DNA of 63,984 bases, counting the filler, from Octopus bimaculoides (taxonomy: Eukaryota): assembly GCF_001194135.2 (NCBI RefSeq). It is 7 parts of 6 records of this genome, joined end to end, with 100 filler letters (N's around TTAATTAATTAA, not from the genome) between each part and the next. Parts side by side here need not be neighbours in the genome. Positions count along the whole stretch, not along the records: positions 49,852 to 59,533 come from NC_068996.1; positions 59,634 to 62,806 come from NC_068996.1; positions 62,907 to 63,984 come from NW_026363886.1; 4 more parts are not named here. One strand, 5' to 3'. Positions 49,851-63,984 of this stretch are shown piece by piece (the first letter of the stretch is position 1; every line of letters starts with the position of its first letter). A program made the position numbers and the translations under genes. Below the pieces are notes generated by a model, which did not search any database, had not been told where the DNA came from, and worked only from the letters and a program-made list of their open reading frames with translations.

Positions 49851-50325
49851 NGTCCTCAGTATCCACCCTGACAGTTGTCTGCACTTTGCTGTCAACTTGA
49901 CAATGTGCATGTGAAATGATGCATCACTACACATGTTGATGCCCAGATCTCTTACTGTTTGTGGTTCTGGGATTGCAGTACCTCCAGGCCCTGTGTATGC
50001 CAGTTGGGAGGCACTTGTGGTCTTGTAGCGCAGTACTTGAAATTTTTTTGCATTGAACTGCATATTATTTTGCTCTGCCCACTCATATATTGCATTTAGG
50101 TCATTCTGCAGGCTTACAATATCATCAGGATTCTTTATTGCCTGAGATATCTTTGTGTCATCAGCATAGCTAGTGACAGTGGCTCTCCGAGTGACCGTGG
50201 GCATGTCCAGAAGGGCCACTATGAACAGTAGTGGCCCCAGAACAGTTCCTTGTGGAACACCGCTCAATATAGATGTAGGTATGATATACTGATATTTATT
50301 TGAAGGGATGTCTGCATGTGTCATT
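49851..50325 (-). mobile_element. CR1-group LINE reverse transcriptase fragment
   Basis: SGVPQGTVLGPLLF...YADDTK...LQNDLNAIYEW...MQFNAKKF. Confidence 0.92.
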
Positions 50326-51150
50326 TTAATTAATGCGCAATACGAACCCTAGATAAACACATGATGGGTATAATATGAAATGGCAAATATAACATGCTTG
50401 ATACTGAAGTAGCTGCTAGACTAGAGTCTATTGTAAGATAATAAATATACTTTCTTTTATTTATAGTTTTCTGTCTGCACATAAAATGATGTATTTGTAA
50501 CATCCTTCTCTACTAAGAGAACCATGATAGGTAAGTTCTTGAAAATATTTTAAGTTACCGAATCACGACACTCAAACCCTCTCTTCAATGTCACAGATTA
50601 TTTCTTACGTCAACCTTGAATTATGATTATCTTCATTTAGTTCTCTCTTTTACTCTCTTTTACATGTTTCAGTCATTTGACTGTGGTCATGCTGGAGCAC
50701 CGCCTTTAGTCGAGGTCTTTGGAAGTTTTGTACTTATTCTATCGTCCTCTTTTTGTCGAACCGCTAGGTTACGGGGATGTAAACACACCAGCATCGGTTG
50801 TCAAGCAATGTTGGGGGTGGACAAACACAGACACACGAACACGCACACAAATACATATATATATATATATATACATATATACGACGGGCTTCTTTCAGTT
50901 TCCGTCCAGATTCTATGCAAAACTTGGTCAAATTACATTTGTTCGCCAAATATAGTTCTATAATTTCTATTTGTAACCTTACAAAATTTCACCACACAGA
51001 CCAGTTTAGTTGTACAAATATTCTCTTGGACTCCTCACTTCTTCCAAACTTGTACTTCATTCAACAAGCAAGATTCTTCCATTCTACAATGCTTTAATCA
51101 TCAATGCTTCAGGTTGTGCATTGCTTATGTGTGTGTAAGTGTGTGTGTGT

Positions 51151-51209
<59 letters not shown>

Positions 51210-52329
51210 TTTATGTGTGTAAGTGTATGCATTCGTGTACTATAGATATTTTCTTAGTATACTTTGATTTTANNNNNNNNNNNNNNNNNNNNNNNNNNNN
51301 NNNNNNNNNNNNNNNNNNNNNNNNNNNNNNNNNNNNNNNNNNNNNNNNNNNNNNNNNNNNNNNNNNNNNNNNNNNNNNNNNNNNNNNNNNNNNNNNNNNN
51401 NNNNNNNNNNNNNNNNNNNNNNNNNNNNNNNNNNNNNNNNNNNNNNNNNNNNNNNNNNNNNNNNNNNNNNNNNNNNNNNNNNNNNNNNNNNNNNNNNNNN
51501 NNNNNNNNNNNNNNNNNNNNNNNNNNNNNNNNNNNNNNNNNNNNNNNNNNNNNNNNNNNNNNNNNNNNNNNNNNNNNNNNNNNNNNNNNNNNNNNNNNNN
51601 NNNNNNNNNNNNNNNNNNNNNNNNNNNNNNNNNNNNNNNNNNNNNNNNNNNNNNNNNNNNNNNNNNNNNNNNNNNNNNNNNNNNNNNNNNNNNNNNNNNN
51701 NNNNNNNNNNNNNNNNNNNNNNNNNNNNNNNNNNNNNNNNNNNNNNNNNNNNNNNNNNNNNNNNNNNNNNNNNNNNNNNNNNNNNNNNNNNNNNNNNNNN
51801 NNNNNNNNNNNNNNNNNNNNNNNNNNNNNNNNNNNNNNNNNNNNNNNNNNNNNNNNNNNNNNNNNNNNNNNNNNNNNNNNNNNNNNNNNNNNNNNNNNNN
51901 NNNNNNNNNNNNNNNNNNNNNNNNNNNNNNNNNNNNNNNNNNNNNNNNNNNNNNNNNNNNNNNNNNNNNNNNNNNNNNNNNNNNNNNNNNNNNNNNNNNN
52001 NNNNNNNNNNNNNNNNNNNNNNNNNNNNNNNNNNNNNNNNNNNNNNNNNNNNNNNNNNNNNNNNNNNNNNNNNNNNNNNNNNNNNNNNNNNNNNNNNNNN
52101 NNNNNNNNNNNNNNNNNNNNNNNNNNNNNNNNNNNNNNNNNNNNNNNNNNNNNNNNNNNNNNNNNNNNNNNNNNNNNNNNNNNNNNNNNNNNNNNNNNNN
52201 NNNNNNNNNNNNNNNNNNNNNNNNNNNNNNNNNNNNNNNNNNNNNNNNNNNNNNNNNNNNNNNNNNNNNNNNAGAGAAAGCAAAATAAGCTTATTATAGG
52301 TAACACAGAGTAGAGCTGAAAGAGATGTG

Positions 52330-52437
52330 GACTTCAGCTTCTTCAGGCAAGGCCTCGGGCCAACCAAACCCTTGTCAGTGCATTTGGTAGACTGCGAGTG
52401 AAAGAAGCCCGTCATATGTGTGTGCGTATGCGCGCGC

Positions 52438-52480
<43 letters not shown>

Positions 52481-52670
52481 CGCGCGTCTGGTTTGTCTCC
52501 CACCACCGCTTGACAACCAGTGTTGGTGTGTTTAAGTCATTGTAACTTATCAGTTCGGGAAAAGAGATCGATACAATAATAAGAACCAGGCTTTTGAAAA
52601 ATAAGAACTGGGATCGATTTATTGGTCTAAAAATTCTTCAAGGTACTGCCCCAGCATGACCGCAGTCTTA
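52330..52670 (+). mobile_element. tRNA-derived CORE-like SINE with internal (GT)n (5'-truncated)
   Basis: Same family as 52850-53234, opposite orientation. Confidence 0.7.
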
Positions 52671-52849
52671 ATGTTTTTTCGATGCAGGCACTGGTATTGC
52701 CAGCCAAACTGCAGGTTCCTATTTCTCTCAATAACCAAAGGAATACACACACATACACACATATTTATATATATCAAATGAATGTATATATATATACGTA
52801 TATTATATATATGCATACAGAGACATATATATATCTTCATTTATTATTT

Positions 52850-53053
52850 TATTCATTTATTTGTTTGTCATTTGACTGCGGCCATGCTGGAGCACCACCT
52901 TTTATTCGATCAAGTCAACCCCAGGACTTATTCTTTGTAAACCTAGTTCTTATTCTATCGGTCTCTTTTGCCGAACCGCTAAGTTACGGGGACGTAAACA
53001 CACCGACATCGGTTGTCAAGCGATGGTGGAGGGACAAACACAAACACAGAAAC

Positions 53054-53120
<67 letters not shown>

Positions 53121-53234
53121 CGACAAGCTTCTTTCAGTTTTCGTCTACCAAATCCATTCACAAGGCTTTGGCCGACCCGAGGCTGTAGTAGACGACCCCT
53201 ACCCAAGATGCCATGCAGTGGGACTGGACCCGGA
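52850..53234 (-). mobile_element. tRNA-derived CORE-like SINE with internal (CA)n(TA)n
   Basis: Minus-strand head with ttgggtagggg core and tail ggtgctccagcatggccgcagtc. Related copies at ~49600-49750, 50640-50905 and 55140-55280 (-), and 54135-54330 (+). Confidence 0.8.
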
Positions 53235-53244
53235 NNNNNNNNNN

Positions 53245-53293
<49 letters not shown>

Positions 53294-53380
53294 GAGAGAG
53301 AAAGAGAGAAAGACAGACAAACAAACAGAGAAAGAGAGAGGAAGACGTAGACAAATATAGGTAGATATAAATGAATGTGT

Positions 53381-53435
<55 letters not shown>

Positions 53436-54610
53436 CATACATACATACATACATACATACATACATACATACATACATACATACATACATACATACATAA
53501 GTAGATAGATAGATAGATGCTCGTAAGTATATTTATGTAGTCACATGTCTGATTTATAAAGACACGTATTTACAAATGCACAACTAAGCTCGCACTTATA
53601 TTGAGTAATTTACGAGCCTTAAAATCTACGTTTGATTTAGAGGATTAATATAATTTCTCAAATTTCATTTAATGAGAGATTCTGTGTGTGAGAGCATGTT
53701 TTTTTTAGTACAATTTTATTAGAAATTAGGATTAATTATTTATACATTGGGATAAATATGTTCCAAGATGAAATTCGTTCAAATGTTCAACGAATGTACA
53801 TTCCTTTGATGTCGTTGCGTATGTGTGTATTTAAATTAACATCAGTATCAACATGTATATTTAGCTTCCATGCTGGAACAATAATTGTTCTATTTTGACA
53901 GAAAGAACACGATGAATTGGTGTATAATAAAAGGGTTGGATCCATGTCTGTTTTCAATTAATGGTCAAAATAAATCTTCAACGATTAAAAGAATTATATA
54001 TCATGATTAGTCTAAACACCAACATGTCGCTTGACGGGTTTTAAGCATATATGTTTTTGAAGATAATATATTTTTATTTTTAACTGGTGTCTTAAAGTTG
54101 TATAATCTTTTTCTTTTTAATTTTTATCAGGAACAATGATGGGGCAGGCGTGGCTGCGTGGTAAGAACCACACGGTTCCGGGTTCAGTCCCACTGCGTGG
54201 CACCTTGGGAAAGTGTCTTCTACAATAGCATCGGCCCGACCGAAGCCTTGTGAGTGGATTTGACGGATGGAATCTGAAAGAAGCCCGTCGTATGTATATG
54301 TGTGTGCCTGTGTCTTTGTGTAGACACAAGCTCACTCACTACATCAAATCGACATTACCTGTACAGGTGCAATTGGGTGCCACGCATCCTTTTCCAAGTA
54401 AGTTTTATCTATTATAAGACAAAATACAAATAATGGTCATTACATATTTTTATTTATTGTGGTAAATTTGCCTTACAGCTGTTTCTAGTAGTCATTATCG
54501 GTTCGTTATTGATAGGCTTACTCCATCGGTCCATTGATCAGTTGAAAAGCATTGAACTTTCTAAGAAATTAATGCTACTTTCATCAGAGTCACATCTGAT
54601 TATAACAGAT

Positions 54611-54666
<56 letters not shown>

Positions 54667-54956
54667 GAAAGAGAGAGAGAAATAGACACACACAAACATA
54701 TATGCATGTACGTATGTATGTACGTATGTATGTATCGTGTGCGCGTTTCTTTTTTTTCTTTTCTTGCTTTTCTCTCACCGCTCCCCAAAAGTGATGTCTT
54801 TTTGCACAGTGGTTCGACAAAAATAGATCAATACAACAAGTATCTTCTTCGTCTCATACCGTTGTACTTACAAGCAAAATTCTTACAATTTCAAGTACAT
54901 TAATCATTACTGCTCTCACGAGTGCATTATTTTCCTAATTCCATCTCTGCCCTTCC

Positions 54957-55028
<72 letters not shown>

Positions 55029-56429
55029 AAATAGTCTAGATTAATCTGACGACATTGATAGTGATATTTTTCCAGATTAAAACGGATGATGTAAGACGTA
55101 GAACACACATACACACACACACATACGTATGTACGTATACGATGGGTTACTTTCATTTTCTCTGCCAAATTCACTCACAAGGTTTTGGTCAGTCCGAGGC
55201 TATTGTAGAAGACACTTGCCCAAGGTGCCATGCAGTGATTTGGAAGCAAGCTTCTTACAACACAGCCACGCCTGCGCCTAGATAACATATTCAACAAAGA
55301 ATTAAGTAAAAGAAGACAAAGCGATAATTGAAGTAAAGCAAACATTCAATAGATCAAAATACTTTTTTAGATTTTAACAGTTTTTATTTCTATATACAAC
55401 ATTATATACAGACAGAATTTTAACCATAAATATTCTTGTATGAAATATTTTAAGTGAATTTTACAGTGTCATTATAATTGGAATTGCTTTGAGATCCTGC
55501 TGTGCACGTTCTTCATTGATATGTATCGATTCAATAATAGAAAATTATTTTAAAATAGCTGTAAGAAAATAATCACACCATGCTAAATTATTTGAAACAG
55601 CTAAATGGGGCAGGGGTAGTTGTCTCCAAAAATGAACTTGACCTCTTGCTGTTGAAGGTCCAAGGTGAAGCTATATTATGTTAAGAAACTCAGAAGCGGA
55701 TAGCAATAACGCCATTGAAAAAAGAAACGTAATAACACAGGCGGTCACAGTATGGTCACAGCCTTTAGGCTGAAACGCATAAAAGAATAAAAGGATTTAA
55801 AAGTCGGGTATTTTCTGAAATGAATGAATGGGGGAGAGTGATTCGGAGTGCGTTACACCCGTTACAGACTTGGCAGTTCTGAACACTTGTCTTGTCAGCG
55901 TGGAAGAGTAATCGATAACTAAAGAGGATAATGGAGTCGGTCATTCCAACAGTTTAGAATCCCAAATAAAATTGCTTATTTTCAAAGTAGTATTCCTCAA
56001 GTTGTAACTAAGAACGTCGATGGTTATTCCTACGGTGTGTTTAATGATATGGAAAATCTTAAGTTGTTCTGGAAAGTATAGGCTTCTAAACTGAAACCGA
56101 GCATCTGTTAATATGAGTAGGTACAGAGACGGTTAGGTAGATAGATAGGTAGGCAGGTAGATGGGTAAGTAAGTAGATAGGTACGTAGGTAGATAAGGCG
56201 ACGAGCTGGCAGAAACGTTAGCACACCGGGCGAAATGTTTAGCGGTATTTCGTCGTCCGTTACGTTCTGAGTTCAAATTCCAGCGATGTCGACTTCGCCT
56301 TTCATCCTTTCGGGGTCGATAAATTAAGTACCAGTCACGCACTGGGGTCGATGTAATCGACTTAATCCGTTTGTCTGTCCTTGTTTGTCCCCTCTATGTT
56401 TAGCCCCTTGTGGGTAGTAAAGAAATAAG

Positions 56430-56770
56430 ATAGGAAGGTTGGCAGGTAGGTGGGTAAGTAGGTAGGTAGGTAGGTAGGTAGGTAGGTAGGTAGGTAAGTA
56501 GGTAGGTGGATAGATAGACAGAGAGACAGACAGACAAGTAGGTATGTAGGTAGGTAGGTAGGTGGATAGACAGACAGACAGACAGACAGACGGACAGACA
56601 GGTAGGTAAGTAGGTGGATAGATAGACAGACAGACAGACAGGTAGGTAGGTGGATAGATAGACAGACAGACGGACAGGTAGGTAGGTAAGTAGGTAAAGA
56701 GACAGACGGATAGGAAGTTAGCAAGAGTGCTTGTCAGACAGACAGACAGATAGATGAATGTAGATAAATT
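56430..56770. repeat. (GTAG)n/(GACA)n/(GATA)n tetranucleotide repeats
   Basis: Direct reading. Confidence 0.9.
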
Positions 56771-56911
56771 GATTGGTTATTTGATTGATTGATGGATAGA
56801 GTAAGTAGATAAGTTGATATATGACCAATAGACTCAAATTTTATACGTTACAGGCATGTGAATAGACTTACACTTGTTAAGCGGTGTGATAACAGATACA
56901 AAAACACACGC

Positions 56912-56953
<42 letters not shown>

Positions 56954-58236
56954 AAGTGAGTGTGTAGAGTGGACAGAAAGAAAGAAAAGGCAATTAGCTT
57001 TATAGTTTGGTGCGAGTATGTAATTGCGCAGTCAAGTACCCTTATTTTAGAAATAACCAAGAACGCAAGAACGTATACAACTATATTCACTTGCACATGT
57101 TAATTTAGAGACCTTAAATCAACATCAGATTTAAGAGATTACTGTTCTTTCTCGTATTTCATTTAATGAGAATGTATGTGAGATGGGGTGTTATCCTAGT
57201 GTGTTTAAATTAAGAATTAGGATTCATTATTGCGAAATTAGGATTAATCCATATGAGAATCACAAGTAATTCCTTCAAGTGTCATATATTCGTTTGACAT
57301 AGCAGCAGGTCTATGTCTTAAAACTGATTCCAATTTTTTTGCGCAAGGCCAACAATTTCTGAAGAGAGGGATAAGTTGATCACATCGACCCCAGTGTTCA
57401 ACTGGTACTTATTTTATCGACTCCGGAAAGGTGAATGGCAAAGTCGACCTCGGCGGAATTTGAACTCAAAACGTGAAGACGGACAAAATGCCGCTAAGCG
57501 TTTTGCCCGGCGTGCAAACGATTCTGCCAGCTCACTGGCTTGTATGTTTTTAAATTACCATTAGTATCTACATGTTTGTGAAGGTGCGTGCTCTAGACGT
57601 AAAAGGAATTCGTTTCGCGATCGTAAGTTCGATTCCCGGCTGTATATTTTCCCTTGAACAAGACATTTATTTCACGTTGCTCCAGTCCACTCAGCCGGCA
57701 AAAATGACTTGTACCTGTAATTGAAAAGGAGCCATCTTGTTACATTATATTTCACACTGAATTTCCTTGAGAACTATGTGGTAGGTGTGTCTGTGGAGTA
57801 CTCGGTCACTTGCACGTTAATTTCATGAGCAGGCTGTTCCGTTGATCAGATAAACTGGAACACTCGTTGTCAAAACCGATTAAGTGCCATTTTTTATTTT
57901 TTTATTTTAGTGTCTACATGTATCTTTAAGTTCTTTCGTAAACCAGTAATTACTGAGTTTTGACTAAAAGAAAACAAAATTCTGGCATATTTTGCAAGGA
58001 TCAAGGAATATATCTTTTCCCCGTTTCTAAATGCTTTTAAACTAATCAAATTAAGTACATAAAATGAGAAGTTGAAGATCAAAAGATCTGATGAATATCT
58101 TACAAAACCGCAGCATCTTGTAGGATAATTTATTTACTTCTACATATTGTCTTAAATTCTTCGTATAAAATAATGTACTGGCGTCATCTCTCTCCTTAGA
58201 GACAATGATGTTACATAAATTCTTAAAGATTTAAAC

Positions 58237-58493
58237 CAGTGATTCTCAACCGGGATCCATATGGTCCTTGGTGATCCATATAAGAATTTGTTAAAATTTA
58301 TCTGCTATAAATTGCTTATTCTTACACAATACACAAAATATACGTTAACAAGTTTTTTTATACAAATGCTAATAATATTTACTTATAAAAATTTAGCGGG
58401 ATTTTCTAAAGCATCAAATGGCTAAAGGGGTCCCGTAAATTAAAATATGAATCAAAGGGGTTTGAAAAACAAAAAAATAGTTCAAAACATCTG
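58237..58493. mobile_element. Old hAT-type MITE
   Basis: Left end CAGTGATTCTCAACC and degraded right end ...CATCTG. Imperfect 8-bp flanks ATTTAAAC / ATTTATAG. Confidence 0.45.
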
Positions 58494-58613
58494 ATTTATA
58501 GTTATCCATAAAACTCCCTACGGAGTTTCTATCTTTCGCTTTGAATTATGTTCCTCTTTGTTTCATTAATAAACATTCTGCCTTTCAGTACAAAACACAT
58601 ATGCATAAGCTAA

Positions 58614-58662
<49 letters not shown>

Positions 58663-59037
58663 NNNNNNNNNNNNNNNNNNNNNNNNNNNNNNNNNNNNNN
58701 NNNNNNNNNNNNNNNNNNNNNNNNNNNNNNNNNNNNNNNNNNNNNNNNNNNNNNNNNNNNNNNNNNNNNNNNNNNNNNNNNNNNNNNNNNNNNNNNNNNN
58801 NNNNNNNNNNNNNNNNNNNNNNNNNNNNNNNNNNNNNNNNNNNNNNNNNNNNNNNNNNNNNNNNNNNNNNNNNNNNNNNNNNNNNNNNNNNNNNNNNNNN
58901 NNNNNNNNNNNNNNNNNNNNNNNNNNNNNNNNNNNNNNNNNNNNNNNNNNNNNNNNNNNNNNNNNNNNNNNNNNNNNNNNNNNNNNNNNNNNNNNNNNNN
59001 NNNNNNNNNNNNNNNNNNNNNNNNNNNNNNNNNNNNN

Positions 59038-59075
<38 letters not shown>

Positions 59076-59495
59076 ATTTCAGGATGGTCATGTCTTCTTG
59101 CCAAATGAACACTGTATTACTCGATTATTGCTGTTTTTATTCTAATTCATGTCCATTGTCCAGAAATCTTTCGTCACACATCTGTGGCGTCTTCGTGTGT
59201 GCTCTTTCTTGCTCTCCTTACTCCATTCTCTTGCAACACAAATTCATAAACGTATATATCAGAAAAAAGAGATGATATAGGAAAAACAATCGTTATCTTA
59301 TGAACTTCATTAACTAATGAAGTTCAATACATAACCGTTGTATTCTTAGTGTCATTTCTTTTTCGCAACATCGCTCTTTATTCATCTAACATTGTGTTCT
59401 GGACCATATATATATTGAACTCTTCACCAGATTATTAGTCTTACAATATCTAAGTGAAATATATATATATATATAAACACAGGTACACAATCCTT

Positions 59496-59533
<38 letters not shown>

Positions 59534-61646
59534 NNNNNNNNNNNNNNNNNNNNNNNNNNNNNNNNNNNNNNNNNNNNTTAATTAATTAANNNNNNNNNNN
59601 NNNNNNNNNNNNNNNNNNNNNNNNNNNNNNNNNATATATACATGCACACACACATACATATATAACAAAGGACAGAAAGAATAAATAGAATTCATTAGAT
59701 TCTTTATTAATCACAACGATTAATAAGACTGGATGTTTACAGATGGAATGCTTCAATTATAAGACTACTTATTCACAGATTAGCTGAGCAACGATACTCA
59801 ATTAGAGCGGATACTTGTGCACCGGTCAGTTGTGGGTGAGATTCTGTACAACTGGTTGTGGTCCATCATTCGGTGAAAATGTGCTTCGCCAGGTGACTTT
59901 TCGAAAGGTACCTCGCTCATTAATTTCAGTTTCATCTATTTCGATTATAATACATTTCATTATTTTTCTGTAGCTGGTTGCGTACGGAAGATCACGGTCT
60001 GGAATGACTTGGAATGTATGTATGCATGTGTGTATGCATACTTATTTATGCGTACGTAACTATTTATTACAAATGTAATATTTTACGAAAGAAACTGTTT
60101 TCGCTAAATCAATAGTTCATATGAAACTGAATTCCATAGTTCCATATGATCTGTTAAATTTACGAATGCAAGGCTTGTTGGAATATTAAGCCCATAAAAT
60201 ACATCTATTTACATTACAGTTATCTTAGCTTGTAAGTTCATTTAGAAAGTGATATATACACGCATACATACACACGTAGTTATACGCATACACATACATA
60301 TGTACGTGTTTATATATACATCGGAGATTGAAATGCTTGTCTTGCATATTGGAATAGGTGTTTCGTTAGTTTCAAAGACTAAATAGGAAGTTTCAAGTAG
60401 AAATTATCCACATCGAACAAAATATGGAGCATTAACTCATTAAATCTCCCTCAACTAATAACCCGCCGTCTTATGATAAGAACATTGCCTAAGTGTATCC
60501 CAGATATACTAAAACTAGATATTCACAGATGAAATGCTTCAATTATAAAACTACTTCATCACAGATTAGCTGAGCAACGATACTAAATTAGAGTGGATAG
60601 CTGTGAGAATGATTATGCACATCTACCCAATTGACATGCACGTCTGAATGAACAGTGTTTCCTGTTTAGTGGAGTGTGAATTGAGTAGCAATACACGGGC
60701 TCCAACTAACTTTTTGACCTATTATCTGCCTGCAATTCGTCGGATCTGGGGCTACGCGAATAAAGATGCGATGATATTGCCAAAGTTTTCTTAAGGGATA
60801 ATTAGTCATTACAGTTACTGCAGGACTTGTAGCAAGGAGAGAATAGAAAGCACGAGAGGAGCCACATATAAGTCAGAATATTATTGGGTGGAGGTAGTGT
60901 GCATTTAGTTAGCTCTGAAAAGCAGAGGATGTTGTAGCAAAGCTAAAAGTGGACTTTTGAAAAGAACAGCTGATATATGAGCAAGTATGTATATATGTAC
61001 GTAAGGCACTTCTTGCCGATCTGTCGTCATGTGATTTTCTCATGGAAGTGGTCAACGATGTCCATGTCTGTAGCAGCCGCAGTAGGCAGCATTCTAGATG
61101 TGACAGCAGAACTTCACTGGGACAAGGTTAGTCCATGAGGATGTACATTTTCTATGTTAGAGATATGAGTTCGTCGTTTCTAAATTTTAGGTTTTTGTTA
61201 GATTATAAGTCCATATATATTAGAATAGAGGCAAAGAGGAAGATACAACATTTATAATTTTTCAAAGCATATTGACATTGTAAACATCGTTAAATGAGTT
61301 AATCAAGGAATGAAAAACAACTTGTAGCTGTGGATTTAATATGTTTGCGTTGCAATCAAGGAGTTCGCTGTTCGATCCAAATGTATAGTACATTGGGTAT
61401 TTTCTACAATAACTTTCTGTCGTCTCAAGATCACAGCTTGAAGTTTGAAATATTGTAATACACAAACTATTTCGAAGCCATTTCGGATCGACTGTATTTT
61501 CTTCTTAGTGGAGGGAAACAAAATCTCTGACATCCAGTTTTAAAACACCACTACTCTGTTTGTAGTCTGAGAATAAATCGCTTCTCATCTCTTGCCACCA
61601 ATCGTGGATACCTCCTGACTAATGTGTGTGTGTCTGTGCATATGCG

Positions 61647-61678
<32 letters not shown>

Positions 61679-62278
61679 TGCATGTATGTATGTACGTATT
61701 AACCAACAGCTTGCGTTGCTTCTTTTCTTTAAAGCTACCACAATTGCAAATATGTATAGTTAAACATGGTAAGTAATTAAGATTTCATTATCATACAATT
61801 ATTATAATTATAATTATTTAGCTTTGAAGCTGATTCTCAATAGAATACTTTTTCTTTTTCTACTTTTTTTTCTGCGGGTTGGGGCTGTGGTGGACTGGTG
61901 CCGCAGAGAAATTTTTCTAATCGTTTGTCCAGCTGCCTTGCATTATAAAATTGGCAATTTCTCACATGCTTACTCACTTATTTTCTTAGATGATTATTCG
62001 GCTATCAGCTTATCAAATCAAGTAATTGTGTTTTCATGACGAAAAATGTACATCAGTTGGTGGAGGAGTGCTGTTGACATTTTACATATCAAATTGATTA
62101 CAAATTTACAGTTAGTTTAGGAGTTGCGCATTCAAAAGAATTGTCATCAATACTGAATTTTGGGATTATATCCTCTTTCCTTTGAGGAACGCCAACAAAT
62201 GACAACGCATAACTATCTATGTACACATCTTTCGGAGTTTCTCATTTATGTTGTGCTTTATAAACGCACACACACACA

Positions 62279-62390
<112 letters not shown>

Positions 62391-62754
62391 AACAAACATA
62401 CATGCGCGTTCAGTATTTTTGCCGAACGACCTGCACAAATCATTAGTTTATAATGAATCAAATGTATGTGTTGCACATTTGTTCCTCATTCTCTCTCTCC
62501 ATCAAATCGACGTTGTCTGAACAGGTGCACATAGGTGTGCCACGATTCAATGTGGAAGAGATCGCAGAGCAACGTGAGATGAAGTCTTTTGCCCCAAAAC
62601 ATAACGATCCACCCAGTCTAGGAATTGAAACCACGATCTAGCAATCGTAAATGAAACACCCTAACCACTAAGTCATGTACCCTCACATATAATATTATAT
62701 CATATATATATATGTGTGTGTGTGTGTATGTATGTATGTGTATATGTATATATG

Positions 62755-62806
<52 letters not shown>

Positions 62807-62886
62807 NNNNNNNNNNNNNNNNNNNNNNNNNNNNNNNNNNNNNNNNNNNNTTAATTAATTAANNNNNNNNNNNNNNNNNNNNNNNN

Positions 62887-63900
62887 NNNNNNNNNNNNNN
62901 NNNNNNTTAAGGAATTTATGATTGAGGTTATCTTCGTATTTATTGTTATTATTTAAGTTAAAAATTGTATCATTATTACTATTGCTATTAATATTATTAT
63001 TATTATTATTACTACTCAGATCGGTTTCATAAGTAGAATATATATAATTAACCTTTTCTCTGTAACCTGCTTTTAATAAAGCTAAATTGTAAAATTGAGC
63101 CTCCTTATTGAAGATGCATTCATTCGTAGATAGATTGGTTAGTCTAAGTGAAATATTTTTGACCAAATTTCTTGATTTGTGGTGTTCTCTAAGTATAATA
63201 GACAATCGTCTCTGTATAGACCACCCTTCACATTTGGGAATTGGTCTTCTAATTCGTATAGAATGTATGTGCATACTAAATCTGCTATTTGTGCTGAGTT
63301 GGAGCTTCCCATAGGGACATCAAATCCTTCTGGGGTGTCCTTACGTATCCATAGTTTTTTATTGAACTTAATTATAGAATGTCTAGCTGCTTTAATAACT
63401 TTAAATTCCTCTCTAGGCATACCCGCCTTCTTGTGAGCAAACCAAAGTGCTTTGTTTAAAATAATGGGGTTAATTGAGGGATAAAAATTAGATATGTCAA
63501 ATTGGATAAATTTGGCATTATGTTTGTTATTAATATTGCAAAGAATTGGACCATAAATTAAGTTTTAATTTGTTAACTAAAGTAGGTATGTATTTGTCAA
63601 GTATATTTTTACTAAGAATACCAATATCTGATTTGGATGGACAGATTAGACGTAATTTAGGGCTATTCCAAAAGTTTATCTTATGGTCTTTTAAAACGAA
63701 ATAGGGTTGTTTTGGGTTTAAAGGTTATATATATATATTTAAAAGTCTTAGTGAAAATTATTTAACACAGTTTTACCAAGTATAAAAAAAATTCTGTGAA
63801 AAATTATTTCAAAAAAATTTGTAAATTCTTTATCTGAACATCACTACTCCTTTTGGAAGAAGATTCTTTCCAGTGTGTGAGCACTTTTGATTATCTTTTG
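62887..63900 (-). mobile_element. Decayed Penelope-like element (Naiad-like RT + thumb), related to 14895-17295
   Basis: LKDHKINF..PKLRLICPSKSDIG, FIQFDISNFYPSI, FDVPMGS..SAQIADLV, GGLYRDD and EAQFYNLALLKAGY, then an Asn-rich linker. Confidence 0.9.
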
Positions 63901-63939
63901 AAACATGTGTTCTTGGATAAAGTATGAAAGAGGGAGTAT

Positions 63940-63984
63940 TCATCATCATCATCATCGTTTAACGTCCGCTTTCCATGCTAGCAT
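63940..63984 (-). mobile_element. RTE-type 3' tail with (GAT)n
   Basis: atgctagcatggaaagcggacgttaaacgatgatgatg on the minus strand. Confidence 0.6.

Overview
Eukaryotic, AT-rich, very repeat-dense genomic DNA with many N gaps. The SINE/LINE landscape suggests an octopus or other coleoid cephalopod (inference). No rRNA, true tRNA gene, CRISPR or prokaryotic system is supported. Most listed ORFs are microsatellite or gap artefacts. The real coding signal is spliced and on the minus strand. Gene A has four phase-compatible GT-AG exons (19411-19236, 14302-14160, 11441-11370, 9478-9273). They encode the last 198 aa of a Mind bomb-like protein with an unusual architecture: terminal ankyrin-like segment, one RING-HC finger, then a C-terminal Death domain. 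Its 5' exons are not visible; an artificial scaffold-join spacer lies 127 bp upstream of the first visible exon. Gene B, downstream and in the same orientation, has two more exons (3286-3129, 1984-1948) encoding two ankyrin repeats and is probably a tandem paralog. The rest is transposon-derived: Penelope-like elements (some with hammerhead-like motifs), a full-length decayed mariner, an internally deleted Helitron, a cluster of R4/Dong-type LINE pieces at (TAA)n tracts, RTE and CR1 LINE fragments, several tRNA-derived SINE families, hAT and Tc1/pogo MITEs, fold-back arrays and simple repeats. Family assignments come from motif recognition, not database searches, and element boundaries are approximate unless TIR/TSD is stated.
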